Shown: positions 12,504 to 23,401 of the stretch, one piece after another | Layout: every line of letters begins with the position of its first letter | Position numbering within the stretch: the first letter of the stretch is position 1 | NCBI GenBank assembly: GCA_014360845.1 | Contig: JACIWR010000004.1 | Coordinates: 1-35,053 of the forward strand | Direction: 5' to 3' | Length of the DNA: 35,053 nucleotides | Source of the DNA: Anaerolineae bacterium | GTDB lineage: Bacteria; Chloroflexota; Anaerolineae; JACIWR01 | Notes under the pieces: generated by a model | What the model saw: the letters and a program-made list of their open reading frames with translations, nothing else | The model's database searches: none | What the model was told of the DNA's origin: nothing | Made by a program: the position numbers and the translations under genes

Positions 12504-12515
12504 CCAGAGGTGATA

Positions 12516-13139
12516 ATGTTGCGAGTGACAGTTTACAACGCAGATGGTGAAGCAGTTGGCGAAGCCGAACTGCGCGAGGATATCTTCGGCATCGAGCCCA
12601 ACGTGGCAGTGATGCACCAGGCGCTGGTGCGGCAGTTGGCCAATGCCCGGCTGGGCACGCACAAGACCAAGTCGCGGGGCGAGGTGAGCGGCACCACGCG
12701 CAAGGTGTGGCGACAGAAGGGCACCGGTCGCGCGCGCCACAGCTCACGCAAGGTGAACTTGTGGCGAGGCGGTGGTGTCGCGCACGGACCGCGACCGCGC
12801 AGTTACCGGCAGAAGATGCCGCGCAAGATGCGGCGCCTGGCCCTGCGCTCCGCTCTCTCGGTGAAGGCCGCCGACGGGCAGATCGTCTGCCTGGACGAGT
12901 TGGAGTTGGGCGTGCCCAAAACACGAGAGATGATCAAGGTCTTGGAGAGGCTGGGCCTGGATGCCAGTGTGCTCATCCTGCTGCCGGAGCGCAACGAGAA
13001 CGTGGAGAAATCGGTGCGCAATATCCCAGACGTTTCCACTCTGCGGGCCAGCTATCTGAACGTCCGTGATCTCTTGAACTACGACTACCTCCTGATGCCC
13101 TTGGGGGCTTTGCGGGAGATTGAGCGCATTCTGGGATGA
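12516..13139 (+). CDS. rplD: 50S ribosomal protein L4
   Basis: GTHKTKSRGEVSG, RQKGTGRARH, GGGVAHGPRPR; ATG after GAGGTG. Confidence 0.98.
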   Translation: MLRVTVYNADGEAVGEAELREDIFGIEPNVAVMHQALVRQLANARLGTHKTKSRGEVSGTTRKVWRQKGTGRARHSSRKVNLWRGGGVAHGPRPRSYRQKMPRKMRRLALRSALSVKAADGQIVCLDELELGVPKTREMIKVLERLGLDASVLILLPERNENVEKSVRNIPDVSTLRASYLNVRDLLNYDYLLMPLGALREIERILG

Positions 13140-13155
13140 GGTGGGAGGACGAGCG

Positions 13156-13446
13156 ATGAATCCTTATGAGATTATCAAACGGCCGATTCTCACAGAGAAG
13201 AGCAGCTTTCAGGCGGATTATCTCGATCAGTACACCTTCGAGGTAGATCGCCGGGCCAACAAGCATCAGGTGAAGAAGGCCGTGGAAGAGATATTCGATG
13301 TGGACGTGGTTTCGGTCAACATCGTAAACGTCCCGGCGAAGATGGGGCGCTATGGCCGCCGGCGGGTGGTGCGCGTCCCGGCCTGGAAAAAGGCGATTGT
13401 CACCCTGGCGCCGGGGCAGAAGATCGAGATTTTTGAGGGTGTGTAA
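13156..13446 (+). CDS. rplW: 50S ribosomal protein L23
   Basis: IIKRPILTEKS, ANKHQVKKAVE, WKKAIVTL. Confidence 0.97.
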   Translation: MNPYEIIKRPILTEKSSFQADYLDQYTFEVDRRANKHQVKKAVEEIFDVDVVSVNIVNVPAKMGRYGRRRVVRVPAWKKAIVTLAPGQKIEIFEGV

Positions 13447-13581
13447 ATCTGAAAGTGGCAGGCGGCTAAGCCGCAAGCGTGGTGCGGGGATGGAATGCTC
13501 AGTATCGTCTGCCACGCCGGTGTCGGCTATCCCGGCTGGGGATAGGTGGGCGCCGGAAGCTTGCGAGATGAGGGAGTAGAG

Positions 13582-14415
13582 ATGGCAATCAAAGTGTACA
13601 AACCCACGTCGCCGGGGCGACGGGGCATGACAGCTTCCACATTCGAGGAGATAACGCGGACCGAGCCCGAGCGCTCTTTGCTGGCTCCGCTGCACAAGAA
13701 GGCCGGGCGCAATGTGCGGGGCAAGATCACCGTCCGCCATCGCGGCGGGGGACATAAGCGTCGTTACCGTCTCATTGACTTCAAACGGGATAAGGTGGGC
13801 GTGCCGGCCCGTGTGGCTTCGATTGAATACGATCCCAATCGTTCGGCGCGCATTGCCCTGCTGGTCTACGCCGATGGCGAAAAGCGTTACATCATCGCCC
13901 CTCTGGGCTTGATGGTGGGCGATACGGTGATGAGCGGGCCTGAGGCCGAGGTGCGTGTGGGTAACGCCCTGCCCATCGCCAATATCCCCACGGGTACGCT
14001 GATCCACAACATCGAGTTGCAGCCGGGTAAAGGCGGGCAATTGGTGCGGGCGGCCGGCACTTCCGCGCAGTTGATGGCCAAGGAGGGGAAGTACGCCCAT
14101 GTGCGTCTGCCCAGCGGCGAGGTGCGGCTCATTCATCAGTCGTGTATGGCCACCATTGGTCAGGTGGGCAACACCGATCACGGCAACATCAAGTTGGGTA
14201 AGGCAGGTCGCAAGCGGCATCTGGGTTGGCGACCGGCAGTGCGCGGCTCGGCCATGACCCCGCGCGATCACCCGCATGGTGGTGGAGAAGGGCGTGCACC
14301 TATTGGCATGCCCTCGCCCAAGTCGCCGTGGGGTAAGCCTACGTTGGGCAAGAAGACGCGGCGTAACAAATCCACCGATAAGTGGATAGTCCGCCGCCGG
14401 GGTAAGAAGCGATAG
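13582..14415 (+). CDS. rplB: 50S ribosomal protein L2
   Basis: [31 protein letters not shown]. Confidence 0.99.
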   Translation: MAIKVYKPTSPGRRGMTASTFEEITRTEPERSLLAPLHKKAGRNVRGKITVRHRGGGHKRRYRLIDFKRDKVGVPARVASIEYDPNRSARIALLVYADGEKRYIIAPLGLMVGDTVMSGPEAEVRVGNALPIANIPTGTLIHNIELQPGKGGQLVRAAGTSAQLMAKEGKYAHVRLPSGEVRLIHQSCMATIGQVGNTDHGNIKLGKAGRKRHLGWRPAVRGSAMTPRDHPHGGGEGRAPIGMPSPKSPWGKPTLGKKTRRNKSTDKWIVRRRGKKR

Positions 14416-14478
14416 CGGCCAGGCCCTATGGTGGTTGGGCCATTAGGCAAATCGGGATTGGATACAGGAGGGTAGACG

Positions 14479-14766
14479 GTGTCGCGTTCACTGAAAAAGG
14501 GACCTTACGTAGATCCCAAGCTGTTGAAGAGAATTGAAGAGATGAACAAGCGCGGCGAGAAGCGAGTGATCAAGACTTGGTCCAGGGCATCCACGATTTT
14601 CCCGCAGATGGTGGGCCATACCATAGCCGTGCACGATGGCCGACGACATGTGCCCATCTACATCACTGAGAACATGGTGGGGCATCGGCTGGGTGAGTTC
14701 GCTCCGACGCGAACCTATCGTGGGCACGTGGTCAAAGAGAAGAAGACTCGCGCTCGACGGGCTTGA
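14479..14766 (+). CDS. rpsS: 30S ribosomal protein S19
   Basis: [25 protein letters not shown]. Confidence 0.99.
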   Translation: MSRSLKKGPYVDPKLLKRIEEMNKRGEKRVIKTWSRASTIFPQMVGHTIAVHDGRRHVPIYITENMVGHRLGEFAPTRTYRGHVVKEKKTRARRA

Positions 14767-14805
14767 TGAGTGGCGTGATAAGTCTGACGATAGTGGAGTG
14801 GGAAA

Positions 14806-15153
14806 ATGGCGTTTGAAGCAAGAGCAGTAGCTCGGTATGTGCGGATGTCTCCTCAGAAGGTGCGCCTTGTCGCCGATCGTGTGCGTGGTATGCGGGCGGT
14901 GGATGCTCTGACGGCCCTGCGATTCATGCCGCAGGCGGCGGCGCGTCCGATGTACAAAGTTATCAGGTCGGCCATTGCCAATGCCGAAGAGAACATCGGG
15001 CTGGACCCGGAGGATCTGTACATTGCGGAGTTGAAGGTTGATGGAGGGCCGATGATGAAGCGCTGGCGCGCTGGCGCTCGCGGTCGCTATAAGCCCATTC
15101 TCAAGCGGTCCTCCCATATCACCGTGGTATTGAGTGAGGAAGTGGAAGAGTAA
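14806..15153 (+). CDS. rplV: 50S ribosomal protein L22
   Basis: [28 protein letters not shown]. Confidence 0.98.
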   Translation: MAFEARAVARYVRMSPQKVRLVADRVRGMRAVDALTALRFMPQAAARPMYKVIRSAIANAEENIGLDPEDLYIAELKVDGGPMMKRWRAGARGRYKPILKRSSHITVVLSEEVEE

Positions 15154-15215
15154 GCTTTGCCCTGAGAACTCAGGCGCTGTGCTCTACCACCAGAACCCGA
15201 AAAGGAGGGGATTCA

Positions 15216-15890
15216 TTGGGCCGAAAGGTACACCCAACTGGGTTCCGATTGGGAATCATTAAAGACTGGGATGCTCGCTGGTATGCTGAGGGGGAGGAGT
15301 ACGCGAACCTCCTGCACGAGGACCTGGCCATTCGCCATCTGATTCGAGAGAGAATGGGGCGGGCGGGTATCTCGCGCATCGAGATTGAGCGTTTCCCCAA
15401 GCAGGTGAGCATTATTATCCACACCGCCAAGCCGGGGATTATCATTGGCCGGCGGGGAGCGATGGTCAAACAATTGCGTCAGGAGCTGGAGGAGTTGACC
15501 GGGAAGCGCATTCGCGTGGATGTGAGCGAGGTAGAGCAACCGGACCTGGACGCTTCTTTGGTCGCGGAGAACATTGCTCTTCAGCTCGAACATCGCATCT
15601 CCCACAGCCGGGCGATGAAGCGCGCCGTGCGTCAGGCGATGCGCCTGGGCGCTAAAGGGGTCAAAATCGCCTGTAAAGGACGCCTGGCCGGGGCCGAGAT
15701 GGCCCGCGCCGAGTGGGTGCGCGAGGGACGGGTGCCCTTGCACACTCTGCGAGCGGATATTGACTACGGTGAGGCGGAAGCGTTGACCACTTACGGGCGA
15801 ATCGGCGTCAAGGTGTGGATTTATAAAGGCGACGTTTTGCCGGAGAAATCTTCCGAGGAAGAGCCGGTGGTCGCCGAAGCCATGGCGTAG
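15216..15890 (+). CDS. rpsC: 30S ribosomal protein S3
   Basis: [27 protein letters not shown]; TTG start. Confidence 0.99.
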   Translation: MGRKVHPTGFRLGIIKDWDARWYAEGEEYANLLHEDLAIRHLIRERMGRAGISRIEIERFPKQVSIIIHTAKPGIIIGRRGAMVKQLRQELEELTGKRIRVDVSEVEQPDLDASLVAENIALQLEHRISHSRAMKRAVRQAMRLGAKGVKIACKGRLAGAEMARAEWVREGRVPLHTLRADIDYGEAEALTTYGRIGVKVWIYKGDVLPEKSSEEEPVVAEAMA

Positions 15891-15964
15891 CGAGGCGGAT
15901 AGACAAAAAGGAGCGGCAGGTCTGGGCTGCTGTGCCGGCTTGCCGTTAGTGGAGGAATAGAACG

Positions 15965-16396
15965 ATGCTGATGCCAAAGAGGGTGAAATATCGCAAACAA
16001 CATCGAGGTCGGATGAAGGGGCGAGCTCGGCGCGGCGCTGAAATCACGTTTGGTGAGTACGGCCTGCAGGCGCTGGAGCCGTGCTGGATGACCAGCCGAC
16101 AGATCGAGGCGGCCCGCCGGGCCATTGTGCGGCACGTCAAGCGGCGCGGCAAGCTCTGGATTCGGGTCTTTCCCGACAAACCCGTCACCAAGAGGCCCGC
16201 GGAGACCCGTATGGGCAAGGGCAAGGGGCCTGTTGATCACTGGGTGGCCGTGGTCAAGCCGGGACGCATCATCTTCGAAATCTCCGGTGTAGAAGAGAGC
16301 ACAGCACGGGAGGCGATGCGTCTGGCGTCCCACAAGCTGCCCATCAAGACCCAGTTTGTGATGCGTCATGACTTGGCTGCAGGGAGTGAGGAATGA
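15965..16396 (+). CDS. rplP: 50S ribosomal protein L16
   Basis: [24 protein letters not shown]. Confidence 0.99.
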   Translation: MLMPKRVKYRKQHRGRMKGRARRGAEITFGEYGLQALEPCWMTSRQIEAARRAIVRHVKRRGKLWIRVFPDKPVTKRPAETRMGKGKGPVDHWVAVVKPGRIIFEISGVEESTAREAMRLASHKLPIKTQFVMRHDLAAGSEE

Positions 16397-16614
16397 TGGA
16401 GGCTCGAGAGTTGCGGGAGATGACGACGGAAGAACTCTACGCCAAGTTAGAAGAATCTTATCAGCGATTGATGACCTACCGGTTTCAATTGTCCATCAAA
16501 CAGTTGCAAGATCACAATCTGGTGAGACGCACGAAGCGAGACATTGCTCGCATCAAAACTATCTTGCGAGAGCGCGAATTGGCGCAGATGGCAAAAGAGG
16601 AGAAGGCCGAATGA
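16393..16614 (+). CDS. rpmC: 50S ribosomal protein L29
   Basis: [24 protein letters not shown]; operon position. Confidence 0.96.
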   Translation: MMEARELREMTTEELYAKLEESYQRLMTYRFQLSIKQLQDHNLVRRTKRDIARIKTILRERELAQMAKEEKAE

Positions 16615-16871
16615 GGGAACGGCGAAAGCGGCTGATCGGGCGCGTAGTGAGCAATAAAATGGATAAGACCGTTGTGGTCAAGGTGGAGCGGTTACAGCGA
16701 CATCGCCTCTACAAGAAAGTGATGCGCCGCAGCAAAAAATACAAGGCTCATGACGAGCATAACACGTGCAAAGTGGGTGATTTGGTGCGCATCGTGGAAT
16801 CACGTCCCTTAAGCCGCGAGAAGCGCTGGGTCGTCGAAGAGATTCTGGAAAGCGTAGAAGAAACGAGCTAG
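16611..16871 (+). CDS. rpsQ: 30S ribosomal protein S17
   Basis: [32 protein letters not shown]; ATGA overlap with rpmC. Confidence 0.97.
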   Translation: MRERRKRLIGRVVSNKMDKTVVVKVERLQRHRLYKKVMRRSKKYKAHDEHNTCKVGDLVRIVESRPLSREKRWVVEEILESVEETS

Positions 16872-16907
16872 ACGGCCACAGAATAACCAGCGTGGGAGGA
16901 CAAAGGG

Positions 16908-17279
16908 ATGATTCAGCAAGAAAGCAGATTACGAGTAGCCGATAACACCGGGGCTAAAGAGATCATGTGCATCCGTGTTCTGGGTGGCTCTAAACGACGT
17001 TACGGCCATGTGGGGGATGTGATCGTGGCCTCCGTGAAGCAGGCTACACCTACCAGTTCGCTCAAGAAAGGGGACATCGTGCGAGCGGTCATCGTGCGCA
17101 CGGCCAAGGAGTATGGCCGCAGCGACGGGTCCTATATCCGCTTTGACGATAACGCGGCGGTGATCCTCGACGGCACCAGCACCAATCCCAAAGGCACGCG
17201 CATCTTTGGGCCGGTGGCTCGTGAGCTGCGCGATAAAGGCTTTATGAAAATTATCTCGCTGGCGCCAGAGGTGCTGTAG
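16908..17279 (+). CDS. rplN: 50S ribosomal protein L14
   Basis: [29 protein letters not shown]. Confidence 0.99.
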   Translation: MIQQESRLRVADNTGAKEIMCIRVLGGSKRRYGHVGDVIVASVKQATPTSSLKKGDIVRAVIVRTAKEYGRSDGSYIRFDDNAAVILDGTSTNPKGTRIFGPVARELRDKGFMKIISLAPEVL

Positions 17280-17334
17280 CCAGCCGTGACACGGGGTCTA
17301 TTGGGACCTCAGCACGAGGGGGAGATAGGTTCTG

Positions 17335-17655
17335 ATGAAGATCAAGAAGGGTGATACAGTAGAAGTAATCACGGGTAATGACCGCGAGAAGAGAGGAACG
17401 GTGCAGCGGGTGATCCCCAAGCAAAACCGGGTGGTGGTCTCGGGGGTGAACTTGGTGAAGAAGCATCAACGCCCCAGACCCACAGGGGGACGAACCCAGA
17501 CTCAGCCTGGAATTATCGAATTTGAGGCACCGATTCACATATCCAACGTTATGTTGGTTTGCCCAACCTGCAAACAGCGAACCAGGGTGGGATATGAGAT
17601 GAGTGGCGGGACGAAAGTACGCATTTGCAAGCGTTGCCGGGCGACGATAGACTAA
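17335..17655 (+). CDS. rplX: 50S ribosomal protein L24
   Basis: KKGDTVEVITG KOW motif, EAPIHISNV. Confidence 0.98.
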   Translation: MKIKKGDTVEVITGNDREKRGTVQRVIPKQNRVVVSGVNLVKKHQRPRPTGGRTQTQPGIIEFEAPIHISNVMLVCPTCKQRTRVGYEMSGGTKVRICKRCRATID

Positions 17656-17688
17656 GCCACGCCTGGTCCCGCGAGTGGAGGATAGAAG

Positions 17689-18231
17689 ATGCCGAGGTTG
17701 AAGGAGCGATATAAAGAACAGGTTGTCCCGGCGATGATGGACGCCTTTGGCTACCGGAATGTGATGCAGGTCCCCCGTCTGGAGAAGATCGTGGTCAACA
17801 TAGGGTTAGGGGAAGCATTGCAGGACGCCAAGGCCCTGGATCACGCCGTGCAGGACATTGCTACCATCACCGGTCAGCGCCCGATCGTTACCCGGGCCAA
17901 GAAGTCCATCGCCGGCTTCAAGCTGCGAGAAGGGCGCGCCATCGGGGTCAAAGTGACCCTGCGGGGTGATCGGATGTGGGACTTTCTCGATCGGCTGTGT
18001 AACGTAGCGCTACCCAGAAAACGAGACTTTCGCGGCGTTTCGCCAAACTCTTTCGATGGCCGGGGCAATTATACTCTGGGGTTGGAAGAGCAGTTGGTGT
18101 GGCCGGAGATTGATTACGACTCCATTGACAAAGTGCGTGGGATGGAGATCACTATCGTGACCACCGCCAAGACCGACGAAGAGGGACGAGAGTTGTTGTC
18201 TCTGCTGGGCATGCCGTTTCGGAGAGGTTAA
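17689..18231 (+). CDS. rplE: 50S ribosomal protein L5
   Basis: [23 protein letters not shown]. Confidence 0.99.
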   Translation: MPRLKERYKEQVVPAMMDAFGYRNVMQVPRLEKIVVNIGLGEALQDAKALDHAVQDIATITGQRPIVTRAKKSIAGFKLREGRAIGVKVTLRGDRMWDFLDRLCNVALPRKRDFRGVSPNSFDGRGNYTLGLEEQLVWPEIDYDSIDKVRGMEITIVTTAKTDEEGRELLSLLGMPFRRG

Positions 18232-18249
18232 ACGCATTAAGGAGGAACA

Positions 18250-18432
18250 GTGGCTAAGAAGTGCATGATGTACCGTGAGCAGCGACGAAAGTACAAAGTG
18301 CGAGTGCGTAACAGGTGTCAGCGATGTGGTCGTCCCCGCGGATTCATTCGTCGTTTCAAACTGTGTCGTATCTGCTTCCGCGAGTTGGCTTCGGCGGGGA
18401 AGATCCCCGGCGTTGTGAAATCGAGTTGGTAG
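18250..18432 (+). CDS. rpsN: 30S ribosomal protein S14 (short zinc-binding type Z)
   Basis: [10 protein letters not shown]...LCRICFRE...PGVVKSSW, 60 aa. Confidence 0.97.
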   Translation: MAKKCMMYREQRRKYKVRVRNRCQRCGRPRGFIRRFKLCRICFRELASAGKIPGVVKSSW

Positions 18433-18534
18433 CTGTGTAATGTCCACGCTGCCCCGCGCTAAGGCTGCGGTACGAGCGGCCTGGCCCCGCGGGACGCGCG
18501 GACGAACGGCGAAATCGGACGAGGAGAATGATTA

Positions 18535-18942
18535 ATGACTATGACCGATCCAATTGCTGACATGCTGACCCGCATCAGAAACGCCTCCCAGGCGGGGCAT
18601 AGCTATGTGGCCGTGCCCAGTTCCAAGACCAAGATAGCCATCGCGCGGATTCTGAAAGAAGAGGGCTACATTCAAGATTTCGCGGTGACGCGCGAGCGCC
18701 CGCAGCCGATGATCCGCATTTGGCTCAAGTACGTGGGGGATCGCCGGCAGCGACGCCCCATGATTACCGGTCTGAAGCGGGTGAGCAAGCCGGGCTGCCG
18801 GGTTTACGTGAAGAGGGACAGGATTCCCTGGGTGCTGAGTGGTATGGGTATTGCCATTCTGTCCACCTCCAAGGGAGTGATGACCGGGCAGCAGGCGCGC
18901 CGATTACGGGTAGGCGGCGAATTGCTGTGCTACGTCTGGTAA
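18535..18942 (+). CDS. rpsH: 30S ribosomal protein S8
   Basis: [23 protein letters not shown]. Confidence 0.99.
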   Translation: MTMTDPIADMLTRIRNASQAGHSYVAVPSSKTKIAIARILKEEGYIQDFAVTRERPQPMIRIWLKYVGDRRQRRPMITGLKRVSKPGCRVYVKRDRIPWVLSGMGIAILSTSKGVMTGQQARRLRVGGELLCYVW

Positions 18943-18981
18943 TGGCGGTCGGCAAACAATAAGCAGGTGGGAGGTTTTCCA

Positions 18982-19533
18982 GTGTCACGAATTGGCAAGA
19001 TGCCTATTCCTATACCGCAAGGGGTACAAGTCAATATTGAGGGCAGTCGGGTGACGGTACGCGGTCCCAAAGGGGAGTTGACCCGCACTTTTCACCCGGA
19101 CATGAAGGTGACAGTGCAGGATGGTCAACTGGTGGTCACGCGCCCCACCGATCAGCGACATCACCGTGCCCTCCACGGATTGACCCGCGCCCTCCTGGCA
19201 AATATGGTGACCGGTGTGAGTCAGGGATTCCAGAAAGTGCTGCAGATTGAGGGGGTTGGATACCGGGCCGAATTGCAGGGGAACAACAAGCTGGTCCTCA
19301 GCTTGGGTTTCTCGCATCCGGTGGAATTTGTGGCCCCGGAAGGAATCACCTTTCAGGTAGAGCAGCGAGCCCGACTCATCACCGTAGAAGGTGTGGACAA
19401 GGAGTTGGTGGGCGAGGTAGCGGCGCGTCTTCGGCGCATTCGCCCCCCGGAACCGTACAAGGGCAAGGGGATACGCTATCAGGGCGAGTACATTCGCCGC
19501 AAAGCCGGTAAGGCCGGAAAGATCGGCGCGTAG
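18982..19533 (+). CDS. rplF: 50S ribosomal protein L6
   Basis: GTG start, [19 protein letters not shown]. Confidence 0.98.
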   Translation: MSRIGKMPIPIPQGVQVNIEGSRVTVRGPKGELTRTFHPDMKVTVQDGQLVVTRPTDQRHHRALHGLTRALLANMVTGVSQGFQKVLQIEGVGYRAELQGNNKLVLSLGFSHPVEFVAPEGITFQVEQRARLITVEGVDKELVGEVAARLRRIRPPEPYKGKGIRYQGEYIRRKAGKAGKIGA

Positions 19534-19621
19534 TGGCGGAAAGGCCCTGTTTGCTCGGAATATAAAATCCCACGTCGCGGTGACGATGTGGATAGACTGG
19601 TTTTGAGGGAAGGAAAGCGTG

Positions 19622-19984
19622 ATGAGTGAGAAAAGCAGACTGGCACGGGAACGTCGGCATCGGCGTGTGCGGAAGAAAATCAAGGGCACGAGTGAGCGCC
19701 CACGGCTGAATGTGTTCCGCAGCCTGAAACACATCTATGCCCAAATCATAGACGACGGCCAGGGACATACTCTGGTTTCTGCTTCCTCGTTGGACCCGGA
19801 GTTGCGAGAAAGGTTGCAGGGTCTGAGCAAAACCGAGCAGGCCAGGGTGGTCGGACAGGTGCTGGCTGAGCGAGCTCTGGCTCGTGGTGTCCGAAGAGTG
19901 GTATTCGATCGCGGTGGTTACCTGTATCATGGCCGGGTGAAAGCTCTGGCCGATGGGTCTCGTGAAGGCGGGTTGGAGTTTTAG
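19622..19984 (+). CDS. rplR: 50S ribosomal protein L18
   Basis: [26 protein letters not shown]. Confidence 0.98.
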   Translation: MSEKSRLARERRHRRVRKKIKGTSERPRLNVFRSLKHIYAQIIDDGQGHTLVSASSLDPELRERLQGLSKTEQARVVGQVLAERALARGVRRVVFDRGGYLYHGRVKALADGSREGGLEF

Positions 19985-20078
19985 CCTGGAGCGATCAGGT
20001 TTCTACGCTTGTTTCCCCCTAGTGAGGCGTCGGACACCACGTCCGACCAAGGCTGAGCAGCCAGTTTGAGGAGGACGA

Positions 20079-20603
20079 ATGGTAAGAGAAGAATTCGAGG
20101 AACGCGAGGAACTAGACGAGCGAGTAGTATACATTACCCGTGTGGCCAAAGTGATCAAAGGCGGTCGGCGGTTCGGATTCCGCGCTGTGGTGGTGGTGGG
20201 TGATAACCAGGGCAGCGTCGGCGTGGGCGTGGGCAAAGCACGGGCGGTGCCGGACGCCATCCGCAAGGGCGCTGAGCGAGCTCGCCGCAACATGAAGCGT
20301 ATCGCCATGGTGGGTACTACCATACCCCACGAGGTGATCTCCGAGTTCGGCGGGGCGAAGGTGCTGCTCAAACCCGCTTCGCCAGGTACCGGAGTGGTGG
20401 CCGGAGGTGGGGTGCGAGCGGTGGTCGAAGCAGCGGGCATCAAGGATATTCTGACCAAGTCTTTGGGTAGCTCTAACGTGCTGAACATAGTGCGGGCTAC
20501 CATGCGCGGCCTGGAACAGCTCAAAGATCCGGCGGAGGAAGCGAAGCTGCGAGGCAAGCCCATCCGTGAGGTTAGTCCTTTCTGGAGTCGTGGTAATGTC
20601 TAA
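20079..20603 (+). CDS. rpsE: 30S ribosomal protein S5
   Basis: [26 protein letters not shown]. Confidence 0.98.
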   Translation: MVREEFEEREELDERVVYITRVAKVIKGGRRFGFRAVVVVGDNQGSVGVGVGKARAVPDAIRKGAERARRNMKRIAMVGTTIPHEVISEFGGAKVLLKPASPGTGVVAGGGVRAVVEAAGIKDILTKSLGSSNVLNIVRATMRGLEQLKDPAEEAKLRGKPIREVSPFWSRGNV

Positions 20604-20805
20604 GGCAAAGAGCAAAGGCAAGCAGAAGAAACTGCGGATAACCTACGTCAAAAGTAGCATCGGATATTCTGCACGACAGAAGGCTACCATTCGAGCCCTG
20701 GGACTGCGCCGTCTGGGTGATGTGGTGGAACAGGATGATACACCTGTGATCCGCGGGATGATTCAGAAAGTGCAGCACCTGGTGCAGGCCGAGGAGATTG
20801 ATTAG
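20596..20805 (+). CDS. rpmD: 50S ribosomal protein L30
   Basis: [30 protein letters not shown]. Confidence 0.96.
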   Translation: MSKAKSKGKQKKLRITYVKSSIGYSARQKATIRALGLRRLGDVVEQDDTPVIRGMIQKVQHLVQAEEID

Positions 20806-20840
20806 GTAGCTGGTCATTGTGCATTGTGGAGGGGATGTTG

Positions 20841-21320
20841 ATGAAGTTGCACGAGTTGCGTCCCCCGGAAGGGGCGAAAAAGAAGCGTAAGCGCGTGGGC
20901 AGAGGCATCTCGGCCGGCCAGGGGAAGACGGCCGGGCGCGGTACGAAAGGTCAGGGAGCTCGTGCCGGGGGAGGCAAAGGCCCTTATTTCGAAGGTGGAC
21001 AGTTGCCCCTGGTGCGGCGGCTGCCCTATAAGCGCGGCTTCACGAATATCTGGAAAGTGAATTACACACCGGTGAACTTGGACCGGCTGAGCGGGTTCCC
21101 GGCGGGCGCGGAGATCTCCCCGGAGACTTTGGCGGAGGCGGGAATCATCAAGCGCGCCGATGAGGCGGTGGTGATCCTGGGTCAGGGCGATGTGAATCAA
21201 CCCCTCACCGTCAAGGCCCATCGTTTCTCGGCCAGTGCTCGGGCTAAGATCGAAGCTGCCGGTGGTGCTGTTGAGGTATTGCCTGTCAGACGCAAATGGA
21301 TGCGGGTCAAGGAATCGTGA
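20841..21320 (+). CDS. rplO: 50S ribosomal protein L15
   Basis: [32 protein letters not shown]. Confidence 0.98.
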   Translation: MKLHELRPPEGAKKKRKRVGRGISAGQGKTAGRGTKGQGARAGGGKGPYFEGGQLPLVRRLPYKRGFTNIWKVNYTPVNLDRLSGFPAGAEISPETLAEAGIIKRADEAVVILGQGDVNQPLTVKAHRFSASARAKIEAAGGAVEVLPVRRKWMRVKES

Positions 21321-21375
21321 TGTTGTCTGGCCCTGAGGAGCGAGCTGTGGCTCGGATAGTGGTTGGAGGGAGGGG

Positions 21376-22674
21376 ATGATACAAGCGCTGCGTAACGCTT
21401 TCCGCCTGCCGGATTTGAGACGGCGGATGCTGATCACTGCTCTGATTCTGGTCATCTACCGGCTGGCGGCGCACGTACCGGTGCCAAACATCAAGGCTGA
21501 TCTTTTGGCCCAGGTGTTTGCTCAAAACCAGTTGCTCAACTTGCTGGATATGTTCTCCGGCGGTGCCATGTCCAACTTCTCGGTGATGGCCATGGGAGTG
21601 TATCCCTACATCACGGCCACCATTGTCATCCAGCTTCTGCAGCCCATCATCCCTGCCCTCGAGGAGTTGGCCAAAGAGGGGGAGGCAGGAAGGAACAAGC
21701 TTAACCAGTACACCTACTTGCTGACCATTCCCCTCTGTATGATGCAGGCTTTTGCTCTGGGAGTGCAGTTGCAGAGCCAGGGAGTGGTCACCAATTTCGG
21801 TCTGTCGGGCTCGGCTTTGCTGCCCACTTTGACCACTATCCTGACCATGACGGCGGGCACCATGTTCGCCATCTGGCTGGGCGAGCTGATCACCGAGCAG
21901 GGCATCGGGCAGGGACTTTCGATTATCATTCTGGGCGGCATCGTGGCCCGTATTCCCCAGCGAGTGGGGGCCATGCTGGCCACCGATGTGCGAGGTTTGA
22001 TCGCTTTCCTGATTATCACCGCGGTGACGGTGGCCGTCATCGTCATCGTTCAGGAAGGACAGCGCCGCATCCCGGTGCAATACGGCAAGCGAGTGCTGGC
22101 CATGCGCGGCAATCGCCTGCGCATCGCCGGCGGCCAGGGAACGCATATCCCCTTGCGGGTGAACTCGGCAGGGATGATTCCCCTGATCTTCGCCCAGTCC
22201 TTTATGATGTTGCCCGGTGTCATCTCTTACTATTTTCTCAATGCCGGGACTCCCTGGGTGAAGAGCACGGCGACGGCCATCTACAACCTGTTCAACGCCC
22301 AGAGCAACTTTTACTGGATTCTGTACTTTTTCCTGGTCGTAGGTTTTACCTACTTCTATACGGACATCATCTTTCAGCAGCAAGACCTGGCCGGGAATCT
22401 CAAGCGCCAGGGCGGGTTTATCCCTGGCATTCGACCGGGTAAGCGCACTGAGGATTACCTGAACAAAGTGCTGCGTCGCATTACCCTGGTGGGGGCTATC
22501 TTCCTGGGCGCGGTGGCCATCTTGCCCTGGCTGGCTCAGGGCGTAACCGAGACATCAACCATGCTTATCACCAGCTCGGGCTTGCTCATCGTAGTGGGTG
22601 TGGTATTAGACACCATGCGCCAGCTTGAGGCTCAGCTCCTCATGCGTCACTACGAGGGATTCATCAAGACATAG
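21376..22674 (+). CDS. secY: Preprotein translocase subunit SecY
   Basis: Multiple TM segments; PYITATIVIQLL, GQRRIPVQY, FIPGIRPG. Confidence 0.99.
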   Translation: MIQALRNAFRLPDLRRRMLITALILVIYRLAAHVPVPNIKADLLAQVFAQNQLLNLLDMFSGGAMSNFSVMAMGVYPYITATIVIQLLQPIIPALEELAKEGEAGRNKLNQYTYLLTIPLCMMQAFALGVQLQSQGVVTNFGLSGSALLPTLTTILTMTAGTMFAIWLGELITEQGIGQGLSIIILGGIVARIPQRVGAMLATDVRGLIAFLIITAVTVAVIVIVQEGQRRIPVQYGKRVLAMRGNRLRIAGGQGTHIPLRVNSAGMIPLIFAQSFMMLPGVISYYFLNAGTPWVKSTATAIYNLFNAQSNFYWILYFFLVVGFTYFYTDIIFQQQDLAGNLKRQGGFIPGIRPGKRTEDYLNKVLRRITLVGAIFLGAVAILPWLAQGVTETSTMLITSSGLLIVVGVVLDTMRQLEAQLLMRHYEGFIKT

Positions 22675-22703
22675 TATCGCAGCAGAGGAGCAGGTGCTCG
22701 GCA

Positions 22704-23387
22704 ATGGGAAGCGAAGCACAGTCTAAAGCCAAATTTATCGTCCTGCTGGGAGCGCCGGGGGCGGGTAAAGGCACGCAGGCCACTTATCTGGAAGAGGAGT
22801 TGGGCATTCCTCACGTTTCCAGCGGAGACCTTTTCCGCGAGAATCTGCGGGAAGAGACCGAGTTAGGGAAATTGGCCCGCACTTACATGGACCGGGGCGA
22901 GTTGGTGCCCGATGAGGTGACCATCGCCATGGTCAAGGAGCGGTTGGCGCGGCCCGATTGCGCCGAGGGGGTCATCCTGGATGGATTCCCGCGCACCATC
23001 GCCCAGGCCCAGGCGCTGGACGGCATCCTGGCCGAGAAAGGGCACAAGATAGGAGTTGTGCCCTACATCAAAGTAGCCGATGAGGTGTTGCTGGCCCGTC
23101 TGGCCGGGCGGTGGACGTGTCGTCAATGTGGGGCCATTTATCATCAGCTTTTTAGCCCGCCTAAGGTGGCGGGGCGCTGCGATGAGTGCGGCGGAGAGCT
23201 GTATCAACGGGCGGACGATACGCCGGAGACTCAGCGCCGTCGCATCGAGGTATACTTTCAGCAGACCACGCCCCTGATCGAGCACTATCGGGAGCGGGGG
23301 CTGCTGGTGGAGATTGACGGGGAGCAACCCATAGAGCGTGTGCGTGCTGATCTGTTGGCTGCCATCCGGGCCAATGGCCGGAGCTGA
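22704..23387 (+). CDS. adk: Adenylate kinase (Zn-binding LID)
   Basis: GAPGAGKGTQA, LDGFPRT, CRQC...CDEC. Confidence 0.98.
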   Translation: MGSEAQSKAKFIVLLGAPGAGKGTQATYLEEELGIPHVSSGDLFRENLREETELGKLARTYMDRGELVPDEVTIAMVKERLARPDCAEGVILDGFPRTIAQAQALDGILAEKGHKIGVVPYIKVADEVLLARLAGRWTCRQCGAIYHQLFSPPKVAGRCDECGGELYQRADDTPETQRRRIEVYFQQTTPLIEHYRERGLLVEIDGEQPIERVRADLLAAIRANGRS

Positions 23388-23401
23388 GGGAAGGCTTATA
23401 G

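Noticed and set aside
9652-12515. Protease insert as an IS, intron or intein
   Set aside because: No transposase, RT, homing endonuclease or splicing motifs and no terminal inverted repeats; rplC and rplD are intact
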